A stretch of 38,064 nucleotides of DNA from a virus. Taxonomy: Duplodnaviria; Caudoviricetes. Below, one piece after another: positions 27,734 through 35,025 of this stretch (position 1 is the stretch's first letter; each line of letters begins with the position of its first letter). The stretch covers positions 1 through 38,064 of the IMG/VR virus record IMGVR_UViG_3300038829_000037. The stretch is one strand, 5' to 3'. The position numbers and the translations under genes were made by a program. The notes beneath the pieces are model-generated. The model was not told where the DNA came from, searched no databases, and saw only the letters and a program-made list of their open reading frames with translations.

Positions 27734-28111
27734 TTAGCTGAGTTTATAATGTATTTGTTTATGGTGTAAATCGCACAACCACTTTACTTCTAAGGGTTTC
27801 GAGTAGTCTTCGTGGTGTGCTTGTGCTTTTTCTTTTCCACAAACTTCACATGGAAGTCTCTCTATCTTGCCAATCTTGACTGCGTATCTGAGTTTGTTTC
27901 TAGAGGACTCTTTCTCAGGGAACTTGTTTCTTTTTTCTACAGACAAAAGTCTCTCATGTTCTCTTACCTCGGGTCTCTTTTGATTTTCTTTTCTAACACT
28001 CTTTCTTTCTTCTCGTGTTCTATCTAAGTATTCTCTATACTTATCTGTCTTCCTATAATTCTTCGACCATTCTTTTTTATAGTTTAGTCGTTCTATTGTT
28101 TCTTTTTTCAT
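27734..28111 (-). CDS. HNH endonuclease-like protein
   Basis: CEVCG..AHHEDYSKPLEVKWLCDLHH. Confidence 0.8.
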   Translation of the reverse strand: MKKETIERLNYKKEWSKNYRKTDKYREYLDRTREERKSVRKENQKRPEVREHERLLSVEKRNKFPEKESSRNKLRYAVKIGKIERLPCEVCGKEKAQAHHEDYSKPLEVKWLCDLHHKQIHYKLS

Positions 28112-28139
28112 TTGACAAGTCCTGTGTGTTTATCCACTC

Positions 28140-28390
28140 AGGCGGGAGAAATCTATTTCCGCTACATGGGTTTGTGTTACTTGGGCAGTTCTCACTGTTG
28201 CAATCCCAAGCCTTGATTTCTCCCGTCTAAGCAGATAACTCTTTTTAGACGGCGAATCTATTTTGCAAGATTCTAAAGTTATTGCTGGGGATGAGATTCG
28301 TATGATTCTCTGGTGGGGTTAGGCTCCGCGCGACACGAGTTTCCTATACAGTAGTCGTATAACCTTCCCCCATCAAAGAACCTACCAATC
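28140..28390. ncRNA. Structured non-coding region
   Basis: AGGCGGGAGAAATC28140/GATTTCTCCCGTCT28215; CCGTCTAA/TTAGACGG; TGGTGGGG/CCCCATCA stems. Confidence 0.55.
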
Positions 28391-28426
28391 TGTCCCTGCC
28401 TTCCCTCTGATTTAGATACTAGCGCA

Positions 28427-28591
28427 CTATTTCTTAACGCGCAAGTCCGCTATGTGGACAACCTTTTTACGCTTCTTTCTTGGTCTTTTGGCAAGAGCTG
28501 ACATCCGGCGCGAACGCTCTTCTTTAGTTACTCCTTTCCATGAAGCGCGACCGCCAAGTGCGGCGACTTCGGCTATTGTTTTAATGTTCAT
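28427..28591 (-). CDS. Small basic protein (54 aa), possible regulator
   Basis: Own translation MNIKTIAEVAALGGRASWKGVTKEERSRRMSALAKRPRKKRKK..; ATGA overlap. Confidence 0.6.
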   Translation of the reverse strand: MNIKTIAEVAALGGRASWKGVTKEERSRRMSALAKRPRKKRKKVVHIADLRVKK

Positions 28592-28881
28592 ACTTCCAAA
28601 CGAGACAAAATACTTTTTATTATATAAGCAGAATTACTAATAGAATAACGAATCCTTCTTAATTTATCTACTGCCGGAACAAGATCTTCTTCAGGAGTGC
28701 CGGTATTCTCAACTGATCCTGGTTGCGTTCGTAGCACTAATTCCAAACGAGTATGGAGTTCATTTACAAGGGCGCTCAGATTCTCAGATTCTTTGTCTAA
28801 GGCGCGAGTTTCTTGTTCGAGGTGAGAACTCTTATTTGTATTTGTCTGTCCAGCAATTCCAGCATATTTTGATTCTTCCAT
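28588..28881 (-). CDS. Hypothetical coiled-coil protein
   Basis: First gene of the leftward arm. Confidence 0.65.
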   Translation of the reverse strand: MEESKYAGIAGQTNTNKSSHLEQETRALDKESENLSALVNELHTRLELVLRTQPGSVENTGTPEEDLVPAVDKLRRIRYSISNSAYIIKSILSRLEV

Positions 28882-28907
28882 ATTTATTATTTATATTTAA
28901 TATCCCC

Positions 28908-28954
28908 ATACTACTACAAAACGCTCTTGTGCGCAAGCGGTATCTGTGTATACT
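28908..28954. promoter_or_regulatory. Overlapping divergent promoters
   Basis: Minus: TTGCGC-17-TAGTAT; plus: TTGTGC-16-TATACT; shared quasi-palindrome CTTGTGCGCAAG 28926-28937. Confidence 0.6.
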
Positions 28955-28960
28955 GTGTAT

Positions 28961-29248
28961 ATGAAAACCACCAAAGAACAACTAATCAAAGAGAACGCTG
29001 TGTTGACACAGAAGTTAGAACTAGCCAAAAGGAAAGACGAGGAGGTGCGAGAGAACCTAACCTCAATTCTTTTGTACAGTCCGCAAGTCTATAATAGCTA
29101 CTCGCAAAAACCAAAAATAATGTCTTGGATTGATATTGCATTCAATATGGGAGAACTCCGCGCAGATGCAAACTACTCAATGCTCATAGATTCCCGCGAA
29201 GAATTGAAACGCGAGATAGAACTTCTAAAGAACCCGAAACCTTTATGA
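28961..29248 (+). CDS. Hypothetical coiled-coil protein
   Basis: ATG 6 nt after TATACT (leaderless-like). Confidence 0.65.
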   Translation: MKTTKEQLIKENAVLTQKLELAKRKDEEVRENLTSILLYSPQVYNSYSQKPKIMSWIDIAFNMGELRADANYSMLIDSREELKREIELLKNPKPL

Positions 29249-29288
29249 CCCAAACATCAAATGGCGAACATAGTGTAGGAGAGGAGAT

Positions 29289-30251
29289 ATGACGCATGAA
29301 AAAATCACGCACATTGACCTCTTCTCTGGCATCGGTGGATTCGCCCTTGCCGCAGACAGAGTCTTCGGAAACGTCGAGCACATCTTCTGCGACAACGAAC
29401 CTTTCGCCCAAGAAGTCCTCAAGAAGCACTGGCCGACCAGTAAAATCTATGGAGACATTCGCACTTTTAGGAACACCGAAGTCAACGTGGTGGGCGAGAC
29501 AATCGGAGAAGTTCGCAGGGAACAGAGCACCAACACCGAAGATGGCCGTGGAGTCTTTATCCTTACAGGTGGCTTCCCCTGCCAGCCTTTCTCCCAAGCT
29601 GGACGAAGACGCGGAGAGGAAGATGACCGCTTCCTCTGGCCAGAGATGCTACGAGTCATACGAGAGTTTTCTCCACTATGGGTCATCGCTGAAAATGTGC
29701 GTGGCCTCCTTACTCAAGGCGGAGGTGTGGTATTCGAGCGTGTCTGCACTGACTTGGAAGCCGCTGGTTACGAAGTCCAACCGATTATTATTCCAGCTGT
29801 CGCCGTCGGTGCGCCGCACAGGAGAGATAGGGTCTGGTTTGTCGCTCATAGGAACGCCGACAGTGACGGACGCATCGGATGGACACCGCAAGAGTACACA
29901 GCAGAAGCCAGGGAGTCGGCACTCAATGACTCTCAAGGACGACATAAGGATGGCGGCGATGCTCCCGACACCAGCGACACGGGATTGGAAAGGAGCAGTA
30001 GACCCAAAACGGACTCACGAGAAAGTAATGAGGGGGGAGAGGGCGCACCAATGGGCATTGGACAACTTCGTGACATATCAGAGCAGCGAGAGTGGAACCA
30101 AAACTGGCTTGAAGTTGCAACCCGCCTTTGTCGAGTGGATGATGGGCTTCCCCGAAGGATGGACAGAAATCCCCGACTCAAGGCTCTTGGAAATGCGATT
30201 GTCCCGCAAGTTGCGGAGGAAGTGATGAGGGCAATAAAGTATGGAAACTGA
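29289..30251 (+). CDS. C5-cytosine DNA methyltransferase, alpha-type chain
   Basis: Motif I FSGIGG, IV GFPCQ, VI ENV, VIII HRRDRVW, X LGNAIVP. Confidence 0.9.
   Translation: MTHEKITHIDLFSGIGGFALAADRVFGNVEHIFCDNEPFAQEVLKKHWPTSKIYGDIRTFRNTEVNVVGETIGEVRREQSTNTEDGRGVFILTGGFPCQPFSQAGRRRGEEDDRFLWPEMLRVIREFSPLWVIAENVRGLLTQGGGVVFERVCTDLEAAGYEVQPIIIPAVAVGAPHRRDRVWFVAHRNADSDGRIGWTPQEYTAEARESALNDSQGRHKDGGDAPDTSDTGLERSSRPKTDSRESNEGGEGAPMGIGQLRDISEQREWNQNWLEVATRLCRVDDGLPRRMDRNPRLKALGNAIVPQVAEEVMRAIKYGN
29296..30225 (+). CDS. Nested alternative-frame ORF: beta-type chain of the C5 methyltransferase (start uncertain)
   Basis: 309 codons open in the +1 frame; PTPATRDWKG and LQPAFVEWMMGFPEGWT (motif IX-like). 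Confidence 0.75.
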   Translation: MKKSRTLTSSLASVDSPLPQTESSETSSTSSATTNLSPKKSSRSTGRPVKSMETFALLGTPKSTWWARQSEKFAGNRAPTPKMAVESLSLQVASPASLSPKLDEDAERKMTASSGQRCYESYESFLHYGSSLKMCVASLLKAEVWYSSVSALTWKPLVTKSNRLLFQLSPSVRRTGEIGSGLSLIGTPTVTDASDGHRKSTQQKPGSRHSMTLKDDIRMAAMLPTPATRDWKGAVDPKRTHEKVMRGERAHQWALDNFVTYQSSESGTKTGLKLQPAFVEWMMGFPEGWTEIPDSRLLEMRLSRKLRRK

Positions 30252-30507
30252 AAACTCCCTATCCTCCTTCGCCTCTCTCCTCGCTCAAAGGAAACCCACA
30301 CCAGTAAAGTCTAAAGTACAATACCGCGCCGCAGTAGGAGAACTAGCAGAACTGATCGGAGCTAACGACAAACGTGCTCTAGGTAAAATGCTTTCAAGGA
30401 TAAAAGGTAAAGACATCTACGCTGTTCTTTCTGAAGTAAAAAGTGAGATGGCGAGAGGAAAGACAGCTGTTCACGCGTTCAATTTAACAACTTATGTAAA
30501 GAAATAA
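30241..30507 (+). CDS. Hypothetical protein
   Basis: Overlaps the MTase stop. Confidence 0.6.
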   Translation: METENSLSSFASLLAQRKPTPVKSKVQYRAAVGELAELIGANDKRALGKMLSRIKGKDIYAVLSEVKSEMARGKTAVHAFNLTTYVKK

Positions 30508-30509
30508 AC

Positions 30510-30896
30510 ATGATTACAGCAATAATTTGTAGCGTAGTTATCGGGTTGCTTATCGGTTCAATTATTGGCGGTGCAATAATGAGTCCAAGTGATTATCCGT
30601 TTTCCTTAGAAGACTTTGAGCGCGTGCGGAGAATAAGAGCCGAACACGATGCGATGAAATTCTATATAGACTTAGAGAATATGCGTCGCGATAATCTACG
30701 ACTTGCTAGTTTTCCCCTGTATAAGACACGTAATTATGCTTCTTTTGAGATACAGAAACTTCCACGAGCGGAATCCCTAAAGGACGCCGAAGAAAAGTAC
30801 GGAAAGTATTGGAATGTAACGGACGGAATAATCGGGAAGCTCAACGAGACCATAGATAGTGTGAATAAGCTAGATTCTCTGAACCAAAAGACCTAG
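30510..30896 (+). CDS. Hypothetical membrane-anchored protein
   Basis: N-terminal TM helix. Confidence 0.6.
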   Translation: MITAIICSVVIGLLIGSIIGGAIMSPSDYPFSLEDFERVRRIRAEHDAMKFYIDLENMRRDNLRLASFPLYKTRNYASFEIQKLPRAESLKDAEEKYGKYWNVTDGIIGKLNETIDSVNKLDSLNQKT

Positions 30897-30954
30897 TGAG
30901 GACGGGGAAGAAGGGGACGGGGATTCATGCTTTTAACAACGTAACGTACACAAA

Positions 30955-31173
30955 ATGCAAAGAAGCAAAGCAATAGAAGATATGCGAGAAAGAATGTTAT
31001 CCAGTTTCCTAGGTGGACTTGATGAACTCGCGTTCGTGAAAAGTACAAATAGTGTTACCGGAGAAGTAGAAGAATATCCACCAGCAACAGAAGACCTTGA
31101 AGGCACGATACGAATCCACGGCGAGTTTGATAGAGAAGACTTGATGGACTTTATTGTGTCTCGTGCAGGTTAG
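30955..31173 (+). CDS. Hypothetical protein
   Basis: ORF track. Confidence 0.55.
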   Translation: MQRSKAIEDMRERMLSSFLGGLDELAFVKSTNSVTGEVEEYPPATEDLEGTIRIHGEFDREDLMDFIVSRAG

Positions 31174-31200
31174 CCACCCTTAACAGTTAAGAACCACTCT

Positions 31201-31356
31201 ATGAAAGAAGACAAAGTAGAAATGATAAGTTTGCGCTGTTTGGAATGCGGGCAAGAAACTCCTATATCCGCAAATAGTGTTTATTTTACCGTCGCAGGAC
31301 TAAATTACTTTTGCCACGATAAGGATTGCGAAGATAGGTACGCTTTCAAACAATAA
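31201..31356 (+). CDS. Zinc-finger microprotein (51 aa)
   Basis: Own translation ..CLECGQ..FCHDKDC.. Confidence 0.55.
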   Translation: MKEDKVEMISLRCLECGQETPISANSVYFTVAGLNYFCHDKDCEDRYAFKQ

Positions 31357-31379
31357 AAATCGGAACCCCTCCCTCACCA

Positions 31380-31509
31380 CAGGGAATACAGACTAAGAGC
31401 AGTGAAATACTTTCGGCGAGGGATAGCCATTACAGCAATCTCGGGTTGCTCTGTACAAAGCAGTGTCCGTTTACCCCTCCGACAACATTCCACTTCCCAT
31501 ATTTTACCA
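31380..31509 (-). ncRNA. Structured RNA downstream of the HNH gene, partly complementary to its start region
   Basis: Minus-strand TGgTAAAAT 31509-31501; stems 31418-31425/31472-31479 and 31447-31453/31456-31462 (G-U on minus); 31400-31410 is the inverse of 32229-32239. Confidence 0.5.
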
Positions 31510-31520
31510 CACCCTAGGCA

Positions 31521-32237
31521 CTAGGATAGGCGGGAGTGGGGTTGCTTTTTGTCTTCTATGAAAGCCATTGTCTTGCGAATCATATCTCTCTGAACACCGT
31601 TTTCCTTGTGATACTCTGCGTGGTGATCTTTGCAAAGAGGTACTAAGTGCTCGTCCGGCTCATTCCCAAAGTTCCCATAATGCATATGGTGGAGATGGAT
31701 ATATTTTGCCGTATCGCAAATAGCACAACGCCTAGAGTATGATTGCCAGAACTTGTTACGTCTCTGTTCCCATTCCTTTGAGTTTATGTATGTTTCGTAT
31801 TGAGAGAACTTACGAGTTTTCTTATTTTTAGTACGCCGCTTGAGAAGTCGTGCCTTTCTTTTTTCCCATTTCCCAGCTTTTGGATATTTCTGATTGACAA
31901 GCCAGCACAATGAATCCCATTCTTCGGGACTCAATTTCGGTTTCTCTAGTCTACGTTCCTTTTTGCTTCTAAATCTATTTATGTCTTGTTCAGTATATTT
32001 CTCAAGAAGTCGTGTTTTTACATTTTGAACTTTCTCTTTCCTTTCTTTTTTCAAAAGAGCACCACCGCCATTAGGATTTACTTTCTTCTCTGAAACATAA
32101 CTCGCACCAGCTATATTACTTTTAATACAACTAAATACTTCCTCTTGGAATAGAGTATCTCTTAGTTTCTGACTAGGTTTGTTATTGCTTATTACTTTTG
32201 GTAATAATTTCTTAGGTCTGTATGTTTTGTATTTCAC
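31521..32237 (-). CDS. HNH endonuclease with long basic N-terminal region
   Basis: Y..YINSKEW..R..CAIC..HLHHMHY..LVPLCKDHH; GTG start. Confidence 0.8.
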   Translation of the reverse strand: MKYKTYRPKKLLPKVISNNKPSQKLRDTLFQEEVFSCIKSNIAGASYVSEKKVNPNGGGALLKKERKEKVQNVKTRLLEKYTEQDINRFRSKKERRLEKPKLSPEEWDSLCWLVNQKYPKAGKWEKRKARLLKRRTKNKKTRKFSQYETYINSKEWEQRRNKFWQSYSRRCAICDTAKYIHLHHMHYGNFGNEPDEHLVPLCKDHHAEYHKENGVQRDMIRKTMAFIEDKKQPHSRLS

Positions 32238-32239
32238 TG

Positions 32240-32543
32240 TCTATGCTTAGGTTAGGGCAATTCGTCCCCTAACCCCAATGTGTGAATTGAAGGCTAGAGA
32301 ACGGACTGTTCTCTCTGCTTGAGGTTGAGGTACTATTCTGCTAAGAAATTGTCGTGCTCCCAGCTTGTCCCACACGCCGCCTATAGCGGTATTCTGTTGT
32401 TATGAAAAGCACAAAACCGCCAGAACGGGCGGTTAGAAATCAAACACTATGTATCGCAGCACAGAAACTAAGATTTGCCGTCAAAGTAACCACGCTGCGC
32501 TGCGATACGCAATATTCGATTTTGTGTGAATTACTTGACGGCA
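32240..32543 (-). ncRNA. Structured leader with alternative stems and an internal terminator
   Basis: Stem A 32531-32543/32476-32489 crosses stem B 32495-32523/32437-32464; terminator-like 32415-32434; hairpins 32250-32274 and 32296-32314. Confidence 0.65.
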
Positions 32544-32550
32544 TATCCAT

Positions 32551-32626
32551 ATCATACAACACCCACAATCACAACAATACCTAGCCTGTGGATAACACTC
32601 GAAAACAAGAATCAATCTGCTACTAT
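32551..32626. promoter_or_regulatory. Divergent promoters sharing one perfect DnaA box
   Basis: TGTGGATAA 32587-32595; plus TGcTACTAT with -10 at 32621 (25 nt); minus TATGAT at 32556-32551 (30 nt). Confidence 0.6.
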
Positions 32627-32632
32627 TAAGAC

Positions 32633-32782
32633 ATGAAGAAAGCGATGAAGAAACTCCAGACATTCCAGTGCCAAGAGTGTTTTAAAATGAAAACAGGTTC
32701 AAGATTTGCTGATATTGCAAAGGAAGGGGGGAAAACTGTCGGACGCTGGATCTGTAATTCTTGTTATTTAGCGAAGAGATGA
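32633..32782 (+). CDS. Zinc-finger microprotein (49 aa)
   Basis: Own translation ..CQEC..CNSC..; ATGA overlap with the next gene. Confidence 0.55.
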   Translation: MKKAMKKLQTFQCQECFKMKTGSRFADIAKEGGKTVGRWICNSCYLAKR

Positions 32783-33180
32783 AAAAGACTAAGGGCATGA
32801 AGGGCGGAAAGAAGCGTATAAAGCCTCGCCTATGGTCTTTGAAGAAAGCAGATGATGAATTTAGTCTATTTATAAGAGAAAGAGATGGGAAATGTAAACG
32901 ATGTGGCAAATTGAAATCACCAGACAACCCATTAACTTGCTCTCATTTTTGGGGACGGCAACACAAGGGTACAAGATTTGACCCAGAAAATAATGATGCA
33001 GCATGTTGGATGCCATGCCATAAGTATTATTGGGAAAAAGAAAAACAAGGTGATTATAGGGATTTTAAGATTAAGCAATTAGGCAAGAAAAAATATGATG
33101 CTATGGAGAAACGAGCTAGGGGGATTTACTCGCAGGACAGAGCAATCATGGACTGCATGACTCTTTTAGGTGCATTATAG
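32779..33180 (+). CDS. NinG/Rap-like endonuclease
   Basis: FSLFIRERD..CKRC..CSHF.GR...TRFDPEN...C...CH. Confidence 0.8.
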   Translation: MKKTKGMKGGKKRIKPRLWSLKKADDEFSLFIRERDGKCKRCGKLKSPDNPLTCSHFWGRQHKGTRFDPENNDAACWMPCHKYYWEKEKQGDYRDFKIKQLGKKKYDAMEKRARGIYSQDRAIMDCMTLLGAL

Positions 33181-33232
33181 TTATCCCCAATGAGTATTTA
33201 AAATGTAGTGAATAGGTGTATAATTGGCTTAT

Positions 33233-33679
33233 ATGGTATACATTCGCAAAGAAGAGGTAAATACCCAATGTGAAGTTTGCGGAGAGATTTTTGGCACTGC
33301 GAAAAGCAAGAAGACGTGTTCTGAAGATTGTCAAATAAAGAGGGTCAGAAGATTGACGGGCAGGGAAGCACATCATCAATTATTACCCTCAGCGACTGTC
33401 GGGGCAATGAGTGAGATGATAATTGCCATTGAATTAATGAAAAAAGGATATGCGGTGTTCCGAGCTTTGTCTGCTGCGTGTTTTTGCGATTTGGTGGTAT
33501 CGAAGGGAAATTCCATTTATAAAATAGAATGTAGAACTGGATATTTAAATATGCAGTCAAAATCTTTGGCATATTCCACAAAAGTAAGAGGAGATATAGA
33601 TTTATTTGCAGTGTATGTATACACGGATAATACGATTCGTTATCTTTATCCAGATGGGAAGACAGAGTTTAAAATATGA
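33233..33679 (+). CDS. PD-(D/E)XK endonuclease with N-terminal zinc finger
   Basis: CEVCG..CSEDC; G..SE.....L.KKGY.V..DLVV....IECRT. Confidence 0.7.
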   Translation: MVYIRKEEVNTQCEVCGEIFGTAKSKKTCSEDCQIKRVRRLTGREAHHQLLPSATVGAMSEMIIAIELMKKGYAVFRALSAACFCDLVVSKGNSIYKIECRTGYLNMQSKSLAYSTKVRGDIDLFAVYVYTDNTIRYLYPDGKTEFKI

Positions 33680-33740
33680 AACACGTCGCTAGAGAGGCGA
33701 AGAGGTTGATTTTTAAGAAGAAAAATGCTAAGATATAAAC

Positions 33741-34400
33741 ATGAAATACATCACAACCCTCATTGTCGGTCTGTTGATTCTTCCAAGTGTTTCGTTTGCT
33801 ACTCCTCTTACCCAAGATCAAGCAAATAGTCTTATAGCTGTAGTTCAATCATCTCCGACTACCCCAGCGAGTGCCTTTGTCCCTCTCATAACTAATTTCT
33901 CTAACATCACTGTCCCACAAGCGGAGAGTCTGATAAACGTCGTTCAGCAAGCCCCTGGCGTTCCGGCGAATGCTTTTGTTAATCTCCTCGTCTCATTCAC
34001 TCAGGAACCAGTGATAGCTTTAGGCGGCACAACAGTTACTACGACTCCAACAGAAACAGCACCGACGACTACCCTTGTGGATAACCAACCAGCACCGATA
34101 CAGCCTGTGGCACAATTACCACAAACATTGCCAATGAAAGAAATACGAATAATTAAGACACGCATGGGCGCGTCTTGGAATATAGAGATACACCCGATAG
34201 TCGATGGGAACCCTGTCGGCAAAGGGATGCAAACTACTCTCACAACTCAGAGTGGAACTATAAAACATTTGGCGAATCTGGGTGAGGAAGGTCTGACGAG
34301 CCGTGGAGGATACGCGGACTATCTTTTCACCCCAACAGATACAGAGACGATACTTACCGCGACAGCGAACGGAATCACGAAAGAAATAGTGCTGAGATAA
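33741..34400 (+). CDS. Secreted hypothetical protein
   Basis: Signal ..LPSVSFA; duplicated T..QA.SLI.VVQ..P..PA.AFV.L helices; Thr/Pro linker. Confidence 0.7.
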   Translation: MKYITTLIVGLLILPSVSFATPLTQDQANSLIAVVQSSPTTPASAFVPLITNFSNITVPQAESLINVVQQAPGVPANAFVNLLVSFTQEPVIALGGTTVTTTPTETAPTTTLVDNQPAPIQPVAQLPQTLPMKEIRIIKTRMGASWNIEIHPIVDGNPVGKGMQTTLTTQSGTIKHLANLGEEGLTSRGGYADYLFTPTDTETILTATANGITKEIVLR

Positions 34401-34620
34401 CCTGTGCATAACTTTTACTACCGCGTTAATTCGTGAGAGTTGTAACTCTACGCAGTATCTGAAATAACTATGGAAAAATTAAACAAAAGAGGAGATACGA
34501 GGGGGTTTAATAAAAAGAATCCACCAAAGAATCACCCGTGGAGAAAAACATGGGTAGAGACCCCACAAGGTTATCAACGTGCTGTAAAGAACGGCTATAG
34601 ACCTATGGTACAATTTGATT

Positions 34621-35025
34621 ATGGAAAACAAACCTAAACATGCGGGTGGTCGTCCGTCAAAGTATGACCCTAAATACATCCTTTCAGTAGACGAGTATCT
34701 AGAGACTCGCAAAGACGAAATAGACTACAAAGGAAATAAGACAGTTCGTCTCCCGATGATAGAGACGTTTGCATTATTCATAGGAGTAAATAAGACAACA
34801 CTTTATGAATGGGAGTCAAGACATGAAGAGTTTTCCAACGCATTAGACAAGATTCGCATAGAACAGCAAGAGCGGCTGCTAAATAATGGCTTATCTGGTG
34901 CATATAATTCTGCTATCGCAAAGCTGGTACTTTCAGCGAATCATAATATGAGAGAGAAGAGTGATACAGATATCACCTCAGGTGGTGAGAAGATAACTGG
35001 TGTCGATGTTTCCATTAGGAAATGA
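34621..35025 (+). CDS. terS: Terminase small subunit
   Basis: GGRPSKY, HTH with TLYEW..H.EFS.A, DITSGGEK; upstream of TerL. Confidence 0.85.
   Translation: MENKPKHAGGRPSKYDPKYILSVDEYLETRKDEIDYKGNKTVRLPMIETFALFIGVNKTTLYEWESRHEEFSNALDKIRIEQQERLLNNGLSGAYNSAIAKLVLSANHNMREKSDTDITSGGEKITGVDVSIRK

Noticed and set aside
30897-31377. Inverted repeat GTGAGGACGGGG / CCCCTCCCTCAC flanking two small ORFs
   Set aside because: Only 10 of 12 matches in low-complexity purine-rich sequence; no transposase or target duplication
31385-31400. Group I intron core (CAGACTA) around the HNH gene
   Set aside because: It is on the strand opposite the HNH; I found no matching S element and no interrupted host gene
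31521-32237. IscB/Cas9-like RNA-guided nuclease
   Set aside because: No RuvC motifs or PLMP N-terminus visible; only an HNH core
34076-34084. Perfect DnaA box as a promoter element
   Set aside because: Inside a CDS, with no -10 at the spacing seen elsewhere; counted only as a motif occurrence
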